A stretch of 64,000 nt of DNA, from NCBI GenBank assembly GCA_020436835.1, contig JAGQWZ010000367.1:3825-67824 (forward strand). The letters run 5' to 3'. Shown here one piece after another: positions 10,129 through 20,351 of the stretch. The position numbers and the translations under genes were made by a program. Every line of letters starts with the position of its first letter. Positions within the stretch are counted from its first letter, which is position 1. Source of the stretch: Saprospiraceae bacterium (GTDB lineage Bacteria > Bacteroidota > Bacteroidia > Chitinophagales > Saprospiraceae). The notes beneath the pieces are model-generated. The model was not told the DNA's origin. It did not search any database and was given only the letters and a program-made list of their open reading frames with translations.

Positions 10129-11612
10129 CCAATCCAGGCCAGAATTTGTTTTTTATCCATGCGGTAAATAATTAACAAAAAGAAACCAAACAAGGTCGTG
10201 CTGTAGAGAAATTCCATCCAAAAGCCAGGATCGGTGTAGTACTTCACCAATTCGTTAACACCATAAAAGGCCAACACTAAAAATAAATATAATGCCATTT
10301 TTTTCATTTGATACGGCACTGGATAATAATGGGACCCCGTCAGGTAGCTTGTAATCGTCATAAATAAATAACACGCGCAGGTTGCCCAGGCCATCGCAAT
10401 TGAACCATATTTCGGAATTAGTGTAGCCGTAACCAATAAAGTAACCAAAGCACCACCTACCGAAATAAAGGCACCTATATGGGTTTTGTCCTTTATTTTG
10501 TACCAAAGGCTGAAGTTATAGTAGAGGCCGAGAAACCAATAGGCTAATAGAAGAATGGGGACCACATAAACGCCGGAGCGATATATAGGACCAATCAAGT
10601 ATATAATAACATTATCCAAATACAGTAAGATACCAAGCATGGCCAGACTTGCTGTGAGAGAAAATGCCTGAGCAACATCTGCATACGTCTCTTGTGCATT
10701 GTGATCCTTTGCTCGTTTGAAAAAAAAGGGTTCTGCTGCATACGTAAATGCCTGAGTAAACAGATTCATGATTAAGGCGAGTTTTGCTCCGGCCGCATAA
10801 ACCCCCGCAGCACTTAAATTTGCGTCCTTTCCTTCCGGCAAAAGATATTTTAGCAAGGGCACAGAAAAAGACTGATTGAAGGTGGCGGCAAGGCTCACAA
10901 TGACGAGGGGAAGAAGATAGACAAACATTTTCCTCAGCATTCTGCCATCAAATTCATACGGGGTCTTAAAAATCAAAGGCACCAACAAAACGAGTACTAC
11001 ACCACTGGAGATAATGTTGGCGATAATAACCAGGTCAATTTGACGATCGGGACTATATATTTTACTGAAAAAAGGATAGCCCCGGTTGATCATGTAGGGA
11101 CAGAATTCCAGAAAGAAAAGAACAAAAAAAATAATTACGAAAACGTTTATCACTTTAATAAAAGCAAACCTTAAAGGACGGTTCTGCAGACGTAAACGGG
11201 CAAATGGTATGGCAGCGAGTGCATCCAGGGCAATTATTAAAATCATATAGATGACATAAATACCCTTATTGGCATATTGGAGCAGCGATGCTAATTGACT
11301 GCGGAAAATATACATGATCCCGGAAAGGAAAATGGTTGTGACCAGAATGCTTGTCAGGGCAGAGTAAAAGGCCTTGTTTTCCGCATCTTTCTCTGAACCC
11401 ATCCGAAAATAGGCGGTTTCCATCCGATACGTGAAAATTATGAGCAGCAGGGCCATGTAAGCATAAAGATCCTGATGAATACCATATTGCGTCTGATCCT
11501 TGAAAATACGGGTGAGATATCCGGTGAGGAAAATGAAAAATACGATTCTACTAAGAATGTTACTGATACCGTAGATTACCGTTTCACCCGCTAATTGTTT
11601 GACAAAAGACAT
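10119..11612 (-). CDS. polysaccharide biosynthesis / oligosaccharide flippase (MOP superfamily) membrane protein
   Basis: 497 aa with about 12-14 hydrophobic segments throughout and the general look of Wzx/MurJ-like flippases. No catalytic motif can be checked by eye. Confidence 0.7.
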   Translation of the reverse strand: MSFVKQLAGETVIYGISNILSRIVFFIFLTGYLTRIFKDQTQYGIHQDLYAYMALLLIIFTYRMETAYFRMGSEKDAENKAFYSALTSILVTTIFLSGIMYIFRSQLASLLQYANKGIYVIYMILIIALDALAAIPFARLRLQNRPLRFAFIKVINVFVIIFFVLFFLEFCPYMINRGYPFFSKIYSPDRQIDLVIIANIISSGVVLVLLVPLIFKTPYEFDGRMLRKMFVYLLPLVIVSLAATFNQSFSVPLLKYLLPEGKDANLSAAGVYAAGAKLALIMNLFTQAFTYAAEPFFFKRAKDHNAQETYADVAQAFSLTASLAMLGILLYLDNVIIYLIGPIYRSGVYVVPILLLAYWFLGLYYNFSLWYKIKDKTHIGAFISVGGALVTLLVTATLIPKYGSIAMAWATCACYLFMTITSYLTGSHYYPVPYQMKKMALYLFLVLAFYGVNELVKYYTDPGFWMEFLYSTTLFGFFLLIIYRMDKKQILAWIGQK

Positions 11613-11736
11613 GTATTTTTATCAACGCTGCGTTTAGAAAAGAGCGTGGTTTAGAGGACGCAAAATAAGAGAAATTATTATTGAGCCATTAAACCGGGAT
11701 TTAATTTATATCTACCTTACACAGAATTAGAAGTAC

Positions 11737-12783
11737 ATGTTGGATTTTGAACTACTAAAAGTGATTTGTGAGACTCCCGGAGCGCCGGGATTTGAAAAAC
11801 CAATTAGAGATCTGGTAATTGGCCGGGTTCGGCCTCTCGTCGATGAAGTTTCCATCGATGCCATGGGTAATGTTGTGGCGCTTAAGAAGGGAAGGCAAGA
11901 CAAAAGGGTGATGATTGCCGCACATTTGGATGAAATAAGTTTTATTGTTACACATATTGATGAGGACGGATTTATCCGCTTCCACACCTTGGGTGGATTT
12001 GATCCAAAAACATTGACCGCCCAACGGGTGATTATTCATGGAAAGCAGGATGTCGTAGGTGTCATGGGTTCAAAACCGGTTCATCTGATGCAGGCGGAAG
12101 AAAAAAATAAGGCACCAAACATCAAGGATTTTTACATCGACACTGGTTTGTCTGGCGATCAGGTAAGAGCGTTCATCAGCATTGGCGATCCCATCACCCG
12201 GGAAAGGAGCCTGATAAGAATGGGCGATTGTGTCAATGGCAAGTCGCTGGACAACCGGGTTTCGGTCTATATTCTCATCAAAACCCTGGAAGCGATTAGA
12301 GAACTGGAGGTACCCTATGATGTGTATGGAGTGTTTACTGTTCAGGAGGAAGTTGGACTAAGGGGAGCAATGAGTTCAGCCGGCCACATTAACCCCCATT
12401 TTGGATTCGGCCTCGATGTAACGGTGGCATTTGATCTGCCAGGTGCTCAACCACACGAGGTGGTCACTAAACTGGGTAAGGGAGCTGCCATCAAAATAAT
12501 GGATGGATCGACCATTTGTGACTATCGTATGGTCAAGTATTTGAAATCAATTGCAGAAAGCAATGAAATAATCTGGCAACCCGAAATTCTCACCGCCGGA
12601 GGAACGGACACAGCGGGTATTCAAAGATATGGAAGAGATGGTGCCATTGCCGGTGCAATATCTATTCCACTGAGGCATTTGCACCAGGTGATTGAGATGG
12701 CTCACAGTAAAGATATCGACCAGTGTACACGACTACTCACGGAGGCGATCAAAAATTTAGATGAATTCAATTGGGAAGCCTAA
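11737..12783 (+). CDS. M42 family metallopeptidase (FrvX / glutamyl aminopeptidase-like)
   Basis: 348 aa with [32 protein letters not shown] and IPLRHLH, typical of M42 peptidases. Confidence 0.88.
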   Translation: MLDFELLKVICETPGAPGFEKPIRDLVIGRVRPLVDEVSIDAMGNVVALKKGRQDKRVMIAAHLDEISFIVTHIDEDGFIRFHTLGGFDPKTLTAQRVIIHGKQDVVGVMGSKPVHLMQAEEKNKAPNIKDFYIDTGLSGDQVRAFISIGDPITRERSLIRMGDCVNGKSLDNRVSVYILIKTLEAIRELEVPYDVYGVFTVQEEVGLRGAMSSAGHINPHFGFGLDVTVAFDLPGAQPHEVVTKLGKGAAIKIMDGSTICDYRMVKYLKSIAESNEIIWQPEILTAGGTDTAGIQRYGRDGAIAGAISIPLRHLHQVIEMAHSKDIDQCTRLLTEAIKNLDEFNWEA

Positions 12784-12796
12784 AAATGAAAAAATT

Positions 12797-13042
12797 ATGT
12801 GGGAAGAAAGAGACAATAAACTTTGCAGATCCTTGACGTTTAAAGATTTTGGTCAGGCCTTTGCCTTCATGACACATGTTGCCATTCTGGCTGAAAAGTC
12901 CAACCATCATCCCTGGTGGAGTAATGTATACAATCAGGTAAACATTAAACTAAGTACACACGATGCCGGAGACAAAGTGACAGAAAAGGACCGGAATTTG
13001 GCCAGGGAAATTGATCAAGTATATCAGCGGTATTCAAATTAG
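12797..13042 (+). CDS. phhB: 4a-hydroxytetrahydrobiopterin (pterin-4a-carbinolamine) dehydratase
   Basis: Core motif [24 protein letters not shown] is typical of PCD/DCoH. I place the start at the internal Met (MWEERDNKL), because the track start at 12761 overlaps the upstream gene. Confidence 0.85.
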   Translation: MWEERDNKLCRSLTFKDFGQAFAFMTHVAILAEKSNHHPWWSNVYNQVNIKLSTHDAGDKVTEKDRNLAREIDQVYQRYSN

Positions 13043-13043
13043 A

Positions 13044-14186
13044 ATGATCCACAGTAAACTGCCCGAAGTTGGCACAACAATTTTTACGGTTATGTCGGCT
13101 CTGGCAAGAGAACACAATGCCATCAATCTGTCGCAGGGGTTTCCTGATTTTGATTGCGATCCCGAATTACATGATCTGGCATTCCGGGCGATGAAAGAAG
13201 GACACAATCAATATCCACCTATGCGAGGTGTGGATGTCTTATTGGACGAAATTGCTAAGAAATATAGCGCCTTATACAACCTTCCATTGGATCCAAGAGA
13301 GGACATTACGGTCACCTCGGGTGCGGCTGAAGCGATTTATTCTGCGATCACTGCTATTGTACATCCAGGTGATGAAGTAATTCTACTGGATCCGGCCTAT
13401 GATTTATACAAACCGGCTATTCTACTGAATGGAGGTGTGCCAAGGGTATATAAATTAAACTCACCCCATTTTAAGATCGATTGGAGCGGAGTGGAAAGAA
13501 TGGTGAATGCCAAGACCAGATTGATTATCATAAATACGCCGCACAATCCAATTGGCAGAACCATGAAGGAATCCGATCTGAAGGCACTGGAAAACCTGGT
13601 TCAGAATACTGGCATCTTTGTTATTAGTGATGAAGTCTATGAACACCTGGTGTTCGATGGTGAGCCTCATGAAAGCATATTAAAGTACCCCGGCATTTTC
13701 CAAAAGGGATTTGCTACTTTTTCCTTTGGCAAAACATATCATATTACCGGCTGGCGGATTGGGTATTGTATAGCACCTAAGTCCCTAACCAGGGAATTTC
13801 GAAAAATACATCAGTTCAATGTCTTCACAGTCCCGACCCCTCTTCAATATGCCATAGCGGGCTATATGAAGGACTCCCGGCACTATGAGGAACTACCGGT
13901 ATTCTTCCAAAAGAAAAAAGAATTTCTTCAAAATGCCCTTGCCCAAACCCGGCTGAAACCTCTTGTGAGCGAGGGGAGCTATTTTCAGCTTTATGATTAT
14001 TCGGACATTAGTGACCAACCGGATGTGGACTTTGTAAAGGAGATGACTATAAAGCACGGAGTAGCGGCCATACCAATGAGTGTTTTTTATTCAGATCCGG
14101 ACCCACAAGAAAGACTCATCAGATTGTGTTTTGGCAAGACAATCGAAACCCTTGAAGCCGCAGCGGACCGGCTCCGGGCTTTATAG
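13044..14186 (+). CDS. class I/II PLP-dependent aminotransferase (MalY/YbdL-like)
   Basis: Contains INLSQGFPDF, NTPHNPIG and the PLP-lysine region SFGKTYHITGWRIGY. Start placed at MIHSKLPEVG rather than the overlapping track start at 13011. Confidence 0.85.
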   Translation: MIHSKLPEVGTTIFTVMSALAREHNAINLSQGFPDFDCDPELHDLAFRAMKEGHNQYPPMRGVDVLLDEIAKKYSALYNLPLDPREDITVTSGAAEAIYSAITAIVHPGDEVILLDPAYDLYKPAILLNGGVPRVYKLNSPHFKIDWSGVERMVNAKTRLIIINTPHNPIGRTMKESDLKALENLVQNTGIFVISDEVYEHLVFDGEPHESILKYPGIFQKGFATFSFGKTYHITGWRIGYCIAPKSLTREFRKIHQFNVFTVPTPLQYAIAGYMKDSRHYEELPVFFQKKKEFLQNALAQTRLKPLVSEGSYFQLYDYSDISDQPDVDFVKEMTIKHGVAAIPMSVFYSDPDPQERLIRLCFGKTIETLEAAADRLRAL

Positions 14187-14194
14187 GAAGTTAC

Positions 14195-14887
14195 TTATTG
14201 AGCGATGGCGATCGTTGCGAAAGAAATCCGTATTCCTGGTACTTTGGCGAGCGTCAAGGCACAGGACTCCAGGGTTGCCCCGGTAGTTAGAACATCATCA
14301 ACAAGCAATACATGTTTATTCTGAAGGGTCCTTGCCTTTCTATTTAGTTCAAAAGCATTCATCATTGTCTTCAGCCGCTCAAATCGTTTTTTTGAGGTTT
14401 GAGTTCCTGTATTCTCCGTCCTTTTTAACGCATCCGAAACCACATATCGTTTCATCATGTACGACAGGCCGTCTGCAAAATATGTACTTTGATTATACCC
14501 CCTTGATCTTTGCTTGACCGGATGCAAGGGTATGGGAATGATGCAGTGGATATCCTTCAAGACCTCCGACTGAAGAAGTAATTCACCATATCTTCGCCCC
14601 AATCTTCTGGCAATATTAGTTTGACTTTTATACTTTATTTCATGTATCATATTTTGAACGATGCCACCAGGATAGAAACGAAACATACTTGTACCGGAGA
14701 CAAAGGGGTAGCCTCCGCTCATCCGATTCATTGCTTCGTTGGCTGGAATGCTGTGAAAATCGGTAATTGGAAGGCGGCTTTCGCATTCTATGCAAAACAA
14801 CTCTTGGCCATCAACCGCTTCCACGTGACAACCTACACACAAATTAGGGTAAACCAGGTGAAGAATATCTTTGATAAACGTCAACAT
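14195..14887 (-). CDS. ComF family phosphoribosyltransferase-domain protein
   Basis: N-terminal Cys4 (CVGCH...CIECE) and C-terminal PRTase motif VLLVDDVLTTGATL. Confidence 0.8.
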   Translation of the reverse strand: MLTFIKDILHLVYPNLCVGCHVEAVDGQELFCIECESRLPITDFHSIPANEAMNRMSGGYPFVSGTSMFRFYPGGIVQNMIHEIKYKSQTNIARRLGRRYGELLLQSEVLKDIHCIIPIPLHPVKQRSRGYNQSTYFADGLSYMMKRYVVSDALKRTENTGTQTSKKRFERLKTMMNAFELNRKARTLQNKHVLLVDDVLTTGATLESCALTLAKVPGIRISFATIAIAQ

Positions 14888-14931
14888 GCTATTTCATAAA
14901 CCAAAAAGGAATCTCAAGTATTCAGCTTTTT

Positions 14932-16011
14932 ATGAACGCATCTAAAAATAAGAAATTGGTAAGATCTATGCGAAATGCTTTATTGCAGTGGAGTCGTGAA
15001 AACCCTAGATCTCTACCATGGAAAAAGGACAAAAACCCCTATCAAATCTGGGTTTCCGAGATTATCCTTCAACAAACAAGGGTTGAGCAAGGTCTACCCT
15101 ACTACCACCGGTTTATGGAGCGATATCCGACGGTGGAAACTCTGGCTGCCACTTCAGAAGATGAGTTAATGAAGATATGGGAAGGGCTGGGTTATTACCG
15201 CCGGGCTCAACACATGCTTCATTCGGCCAGGATTATTGTAGAACAATATAATGGGGAATTTCCCTCCAACTATGAGGACATACTGAGATTAAAGGGAGTG
15301 GGAGACTATACTGCCGCCGCGGTGGCTTCTTTTGCCTTTGATCTGCCCCAGGTGGTTGTCGATGGCAATGTTATTCGCGTAGTTTCCAGACTTTTTGCCA
15401 TACAGGATCCGGTCGATACCAGAGCTACCTCTCAAAGAATATATGACCTGGCCAATCAACTGCTGGATCGCAATGATCCGTCATTTTTCAACCAGGCAAT
15501 AATGGATTTTGGTGCACTACAATGCAGACCTGCCAATCCAGATTGCATTTCTTGTCCGCTGAACTTTTCTTGTACGTCATTTCAAAAAGGAATAGTAAAT
15601 CTCGTACCGCTGAAAGGGAAGAAGAAAGCTAAGAAAATCCGCTATTTCTATTATATCGTACCCACACTTGGAAACAAATTGTATGTCAGAAAGAGGGACA
15701 AAGCAGACATCTGGTCCGGTCTGTTTGAATTCTATTTGATCGAGACAAATAATGAAACATCCTGGTCTACTGTTCTCAAAAAGATCGATTTGCCAATAAT
15801 CAGCAGTGAAGGGTGGACCGGACGGTATAAACAAACGCTGTCACACCAGATCATTCATGCCGAATTTTTACCCGTCGAGCTCAAGGATGATCGTCTAATA
15901 GTCGAAAGAGACGATTATACTCCGATAAAAAGAAAAAAAATCCGGAATTTTGCATTCCCAAAAGTCATTGATTGTTTCTTAAGGGATAAAGCCGTAATTT
16001 TAAATTTATAA
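14932..16011 (+). CDS. mutY: A/G-specific adenine DNA glycosylase
   Basis: HhH-GPD region LKGVGDYTAAAVASFAF, Fe-S loop CRPANPDCISCPLNFSC (C-x6-C-x2-C-x5-C) and a C-terminal NUDIX-like domain. Confidence 0.92.
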   Translation: MNASKNKKLVRSMRNALLQWSRENPRSLPWKKDKNPYQIWVSEIILQQTRVEQGLPYYHRFMERYPTVETLAATSEDELMKIWEGLGYYRRAQHMLHSARIIVEQYNGEFPSNYEDILRLKGVGDYTAAAVASFAFDLPQVVVDGNVIRVVSRLFAIQDPVDTRATSQRIYDLANQLLDRNDPSFFNQAIMDFGALQCRPANPDCISCPLNFSCTSFQKGIVNLVPLKGKKKAKKIRYFYYIVPTLGNKLYVRKRDKADIWSGLFEFYLIETNNETSWSTVLKKIDLPIISSEGWTGRYKQTLSHQIIHAEFLPVELKDDRLIVERDDYTPIKRKKIRNFAFPKVIDCFLRDKAVILNL

Positions 16012-16028
16012 AAAGCAATATATAAGAA

Positions 16029-16502
16029 ATGGTTAACAAAGTAACTCTGATAGGTAATTTGGGCCGGGACCCGGAAATTCGACATTTAGAGAATGGAAGT
16101 ATGGTGGGTAAATTTCCGGTAGCTACCAATGAAAACTACAGAGATAAAAGTGGGGAATGGCAAACGATCACCGAATGGCACGATGTAGTCGTCTGGAGAT
16201 CACTGGCAGAGAGAGCAGAACGGTCACTGAAGAAGGGTTCTCTCGTATATATAGAAGGAAAACTTACGCATAGAAAGTACCAGGATAAAGATGGAATAGA
16301 TCGATATGTAACCGAAGTAGTTGCAAATACGATTAAACCCCTGGAAAAACGTGAAGGTGGAAATAGTGGATACGGAGGTAGTTTTCCTTCATCCGAGGAT
16401 GCACCGCAAGGCATTAGCTACGAATTAAAGGATAAGACCAGTACTGCTACACAAGAAGTAGGTGGAGGCGAAGAAGAAGTAGATGATGATCTTCCCTTTT
16501 AG
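16029..16502 (+). CDS. ssb: single-stranded DNA-binding protein
   Basis: OB-fold N-terminus MVNKVTLIGNLGRDPEIR, a Gly-rich linker and the acidic tip DDDLPF. Confidence 0.95.
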   Translation: MVNKVTLIGNLGRDPEIRHLENGSMVGKFPVATNENYRDKSGEWQTITEWHDVVVWRSLAERAERSLKKGSLVYIEGKLTHRKYQDKDGIDRYVTEVVANTIKPLEKREGGNSGYGGSFPSSEDAPQGISYELKDKTSTATQEVGGGEEEVDDDLPF

Positions 16503-16557
16503 TGACCAGAATCGTGTCAATTCCACGCCATATTTTTTTGATTAAGCAATTTCACAT

Positions 16558-17979
16558 TTGGACAGCGTTGAACCTCCCAGTACGGGCTTAATGATTCTCT
16601 TTGCTCCTATTGTGTTACTCGTTGTTTCCCTGGCAGGGTTATCATTGAGTATAGTGTTACTGCTGCTTTTACTAGCATGTTCTGCTTTGATTTCAGGTGC
16701 AGAAGTTGCCTATTTCTCTTTAAGTCCGGCAGACTTGCACCTCCTGGCCAACGAGGGGAGTACCAATAGCAAGCGGATTCTCCAATTGAGAGAGAATCCC
16801 AGGATGTTACTGGCCACCATATTGATCAGTAATAACTTTGTCAATATTGCGATAGTTATTCTCTCCGATTTCATCATTCGAAGCATTTTTTCGCAGGCCA
16901 CTTTTTTGGATTGGGCCGCAGGCATGCCTTCCTTTTTTCATGATAATTTTTCAGACAACGTACTGGCAAAAGCAATTGAATTTACCCTGACCGTGGTGGG
17001 AGCAACGTTCCTACTGGTGTTATTTGGAGAGGTAGCGCCTAAGATATATGCGAATATCAACAATAAGAAGATGGCGAGAATGATGGCGGGGCCACTCATC
17101 TTCCTTAAAACATTCTTTTCACCCATTTCAAGGATCCTAGTAAACTGGTCTTCCAGGTTTGAAGATCGCCTTGCTCATGATACCGTTCGGAGCCGAAACC
17201 GGAAAGATGATCTGGATAAAGCTATAGAATTGACGGTAAGTCATGAACTGAACTCTGAGAAAGAGATTGATATTCTCAAAAGTATTGTCAAGTTTGGGGA
17301 CGTCAGTGTCAAGCAGATCATGCGGTCTCGAGTGGATGTAGTTGCCATTGACATCAACAGCAAATTTGATGAAGTACTAAGGACAGTCAACGAATCCGGA
17401 TATTCTCGAATACCAGTATACGAAGACGACTTTGATAATATTAAAGGCATTCTTTATGTTAAAGACCTCTTGCTCCATCTTAATAAGGGGGAACAATTTG
17501 TCTGGAAAAACCTGATTCGACATGACGTTAAATATGTTCCCGAAGCCAAGAAGATCAATGAGTTATTGACTGAATTTCAGCAAGAACGCACACATATGGC
17601 TATCGTTGTGGATGAGTTTGGAGGTAGCGGTGGGTTAGTAACACTTGAGGATGTTATGGAAGAAGTAATTGGTGACATTCGAGATGAATTTGATGAAGAG
17701 ATAGAAGTGGAATACGAGAAAATCGATGATTTCAATTACGTTTTTGAAGGCAAAACATTGCTGAATGATCTATGCCGGGTTATAGGGGTGAGTACAGATA
17801 CCTTCGAAGAGGTTAGAGAAGCAGACAGTGTTGCCGGGCTGATCCTCGAACTACTTGGAAAAATTCCCCGAAAAAATATCGAAATAAAGTATAAAGAATA
17901 TCGATTTAAGATACTGGCAGTGAGTACAAAAAGAATCGAAAAAGTAAAAATCACCTTGCCCAATGAAGATAAATCTTAA
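16558..17979 (+). CDS. gldE: gliding motility-associated protein GldE (CNNM/CorC family, TM domain plus CBS pair plus CorC_HlyC)
   Basis: TTG start. Contains CSALISGAEVAYFSL (DUF21 TM domain), a CBS pair (IMRSRVDVVAI..., YSRIPVYE) and a CorC C-terminal domain. It sits between ssb and gldD, as in Flavobacterium. Confidence 0.82.
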   Translation: MDSVEPPSTGLMILFAPIVLLVVSLAGLSLSIVLLLLLLACSALISGAEVAYFSLSPADLHLLANEGSTNSKRILQLRENPRMLLATILISNNFVNIAIVILSDFIIRSIFSQATFLDWAAGMPSFFHDNFSDNVLAKAIEFTLTVVGATFLLVLFGEVAPKIYANINNKKMARMMAGPLIFLKTFFSPISRILVNWSSRFEDRLAHDTVRSRNRKDDLDKAIELTVSHELNSEKEIDILKSIVKFGDVSVKQIMRSRVDVVAIDINSKFDEVLRTVNESGYSRIPVYEDDFDNIKGILYVKDLLLHLNKGEQFVWKNLIRHDVKYVPEAKKINELLTEFQQERTHMAIVVDEFGGSGGLVTLEDVMEEVIGDIRDEFDEEIEVEYEKIDDFNYVFEGKTLLNDLCRVIGVSTDTFEEVREADSVAGLILELLGKIPRKNIEIKYKEYRFKILAVSTKRIEKVKITLPNEDKS

Positions 17980-18559
17980 TCTGGCCATCGCCTTTCTATT
18001 TCTGCAGTTCTCTTGCCAAAACAACATGTCAACACTCCCAAAACCAAGAGCTTTTCCCAGGATTGAGTTTCCGGAAAGGAACTACATACCTTTTGATGAA
18101 AATTATTGCCATTTTACCTTTGAAATGCCGGCTTATACTGAAGTGGAACAGGATACGGCTTTCTTTGATGATAAACCTATCGATCCATGCTGGTTTAATC
18201 TATACTATCCTGCTTTTGACTGCAGGATCTATTTCAGCTATTATCCCATCAGTAGTGAAAATCCCTTTGAAAAACTCAACAAGGATGCTTTTAACCTGGC
18301 CATGGAGCACAATAAAAAGGCTACTTATATTGATGAAGTCAAATTTGAAAAACCAAACGATGTCAGTGGGTTTATTTTTGATCTTGAAGGACCGGTCGCC
18401 ACACCCTTCCAGTTTTATATGACAGATAGCACCAAGCACTTTCTTAGAGGAGCCCTGTATTTTCAGACTCAAATAAGACCAGATAGCTTAGCTCCTTTAT
18501 ATGAATTTGTCAAGCAGGACGTATCACATATAATCAACACCTTTACCTGGACCGACTAG
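17963..18559 (+). CDS. gldD: gliding motility lipoprotein GldD
   Basis: Lipobox LFLQFSC. Contains [32 protein letters not shown] and PDSLAP, which match the GldD family pattern as I remember it. Its start overlaps the gldE 3' end. Confidence 0.82.
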   Translation: MKINLNLAIAFLFLQFSCQNNMSTLPKPRAFPRIEFPERNYIPFDENYCHFTFEMPAYTEVEQDTAFFDDKPIDPCWFNLYYPAFDCRIYFSYYPISSENPFEKLNKDAFNLAMEHNKKATYIDEVKFEKPNDVSGFIFDLEGPVATPFQFYMTDSTKHFLRGALYFQTQIRPDSLAPLYEFVKQDVSHIINTFTWTD

Positions 18560-19596
18560 TCCTCAGATACCGACTCATCTATTTCCGTGGTTATTTTACC
18601 CGTGATCTTTTGCTTGATCAGATTCTCAATTTCCAGGGCGACCTCAGGATTATCCAACATAAATTGTTTTGCTGATTCCCGGCCTTGAGCAATCTTGGTC
18701 CCTTCAAAGCTATACCACGATCCACTCTTCTTTAGTACGTCCAGGTCAGAACCTAAATCGACAATTTCCCCAACTTTGCTGATACCCTGGCCATACATGA
18801 TGTCAAATACGGCCACCCGGAAGGGAGGTGCCAGCTTATTTTTAACCACTTTTACTTTTACTGTATTTCCTACAACGTTGCCCTCTTTGTCTTTGATGGA
18901 AGACCCACTCCTTCGAATGTCCAGACGCATGGAAGCATAAAATTTAAGGGCGTTTCCTCCGGTTGTGGTCTCAGGGTTGCCAAACATGACACCAATTTTT
19001 TCCCTCAGTTGATTGATAAAAATGCAACAACAGCCAGTTCGACCGATAGAAGCAGTCAGCTTTCGCATAGCTTGCGACATCAGGCGGGCTTGCAAACCCA
19101 TCTTTGAATCACCCATTTCACCTTCAATTTCTGCTCTTGGAACCAGAGCAGCCACGGAGTCAATAACAATAATGTCAATTGCTCCTGAACGGATAAGGTT
19201 TTCCGTGATTTCCAGGGCTTGTTCCCCGTTGTCCGGCTGTGAAATCAGAAGGTTTTCGGTATCAACACCCAGTGATTCAGCGTAAAAGCGATCAAAAGCA
19301 TGTTCAGCATCTATGAAAGCAGCTATTCCACCCTTTTTCTGACATTCGGCAATCGCATGAATGGCAAGAGTTGTCTTACCGGAAGATTCCGGACCGAAAA
19401 TTTCAATCACTCTTCCCCGGGGAAAACCACCGATACCCAGGGCAATATCAAGACCTAATGATCCGGTGGGTATAGTATCAGCCTCAACTACCTGTTGATC
19501 CCCTAAACGCATGATGGATCCTTTTCCATAGGTTTTCTCCAAACGATCAACGGTAAGTTGCAGGGCTTTTAATTTTTCTGAATTTTCTTTGCTCAT
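18556..19596 (-). CDS. recA: recombinase RecA
   Basis: Walker [41 protein letters not shown] and VKVVKNK. Confidence 0.98.
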   Translation of the reverse strand: MSKENSEKLKALQLTVDRLEKTYGKGSIMRLGDQQVVEADTIPTGSLGLDIALGIGGFPRGRVIEIFGPESSGKTTLAIHAIAECQKKGGIAAFIDAEHAFDRFYAESLGVDTENLLISQPDNGEQALEITENLIRSGAIDIIVIDSVAALVPRAEIEGEMGDSKMGLQARLMSQAMRKLTASIGRTGCCCIFINQLREKIGVMFGNPETTTGGNALKFYASMRLDIRRSGSSIKDKEGNVVGNTVKVKVVKNKLAPPFRVAVFDIMYGQGISKVGEIVDLGSDLDVLKKSGSWYSFEGTKIAQGRESAKQFMLDNPEVALEIENLIKQKITGKITTEIDESVSED

Positions 19597-19618
19597 GATT
19601 AGAATTGGGTTAAGTGAT

Positions 19619-19626
19619 CAAATATA
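19619..19626 (-). promoter_or_regulatory. candidate Bacteroidota sigma-A -7 box (TATATTTG) for recA
   Basis: The reverse complement of 19619-19626 is TATATTTG, matching TAnnTTTG. It lies 23 nt upstream of the recA ATG. Confidence 0.3.
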
Positions 19627-19727
19627 GGATTTTAATATACATTTTTTGAGTATATCATCTCTTTACAATGGCAAATATTCTGACCTTATGCATGCTATTG
19701 CGTAATTGTAAACGTTCTTGTTACATC

Positions 19728-20246
19728 ATGCAAATATTAAACAAAGGGATCGTCCTTTTATTTCTTTTGAGCTTCTTAAGTTGTCGCAAGAGAGAGCCGG
19801 TCTTGTTTGAAATTCCATTCAGATTGTCATTCCAGGTACAGGCTGGGCTGAATCCGTTCGAAAAGCATTACTATCCGGTAAGAAATATTACTACTAATAT
19901 TCAGAATTTACGGCAACAATTCAATGTAGAGCCAGATCGGGTATTACGCATTCGTCCCGCATCGGCGATTTTTTCATCACTGCATCAGGATGTCGATCTT
20001 GACTTTATTCAGGAAGTGGGAATTTCGGTTTTTAAGGGATTTGATCAACAAAACGATACAGATGTATTCCTGACAGAGTTCATACCCGTTAATGCCGGCC
20101 GGAACATTAATGTACTTCCTTTTGATGACGATGTCGCTGATGTGATTAATGTAGAGGAACTCAACTTTCTTGTTTCCTTACGGCTGAGAGCACCCTCACC
20201 GGTTTTCTTTGAAACAAGTGTTGACATAAAGTTTATCGCGGAATAG
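19728..20246 (+). CDS. hypothetical lipoprotein
   Basis: Internal Met gives MQILNKGIVLLFLLSFLSC, a signal peptide plus lipobox Cys. No recognisable domain. The track start at 19668 adds a non-signal-like extension. Confidence 0.5.
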   Translation: MQILNKGIVLLFLLSFLSCRKREPVLFEIPFRLSFQVQAGLNPFEKHYYPVRNITTNIQNLRQQFNVEPDRVLRIRPASAIFSSLHQDVDLDFIQEVGISVFKGFDQQNDTDVFLTEFIPVNAGRNINVLPFDDDVADVINVEELNFLVSLRLRAPSPVFFETSVDIKFIAE

Positions 20247-20351
20247 TAAATTAACACCTGCCTTGCCGTCGAATCCAAAAAAAAATCTTTCTTTGTTTGC
20301 AGAAGGTCTTGAAGAAGGAAAGCTGAGACAGATAAGAGATAATCTGCTTGC

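Noticed and set aside
12761-13043. Apparent gene overlaps created by the track starts at 12761 (PCD) and 13011 (aminotransferase).
   Set aside because: Internal Met codons at 12797 and 13044 give family-typical N-termini and remove the overlaps. The extensions are most likely artefacts of longest-ORF calling.
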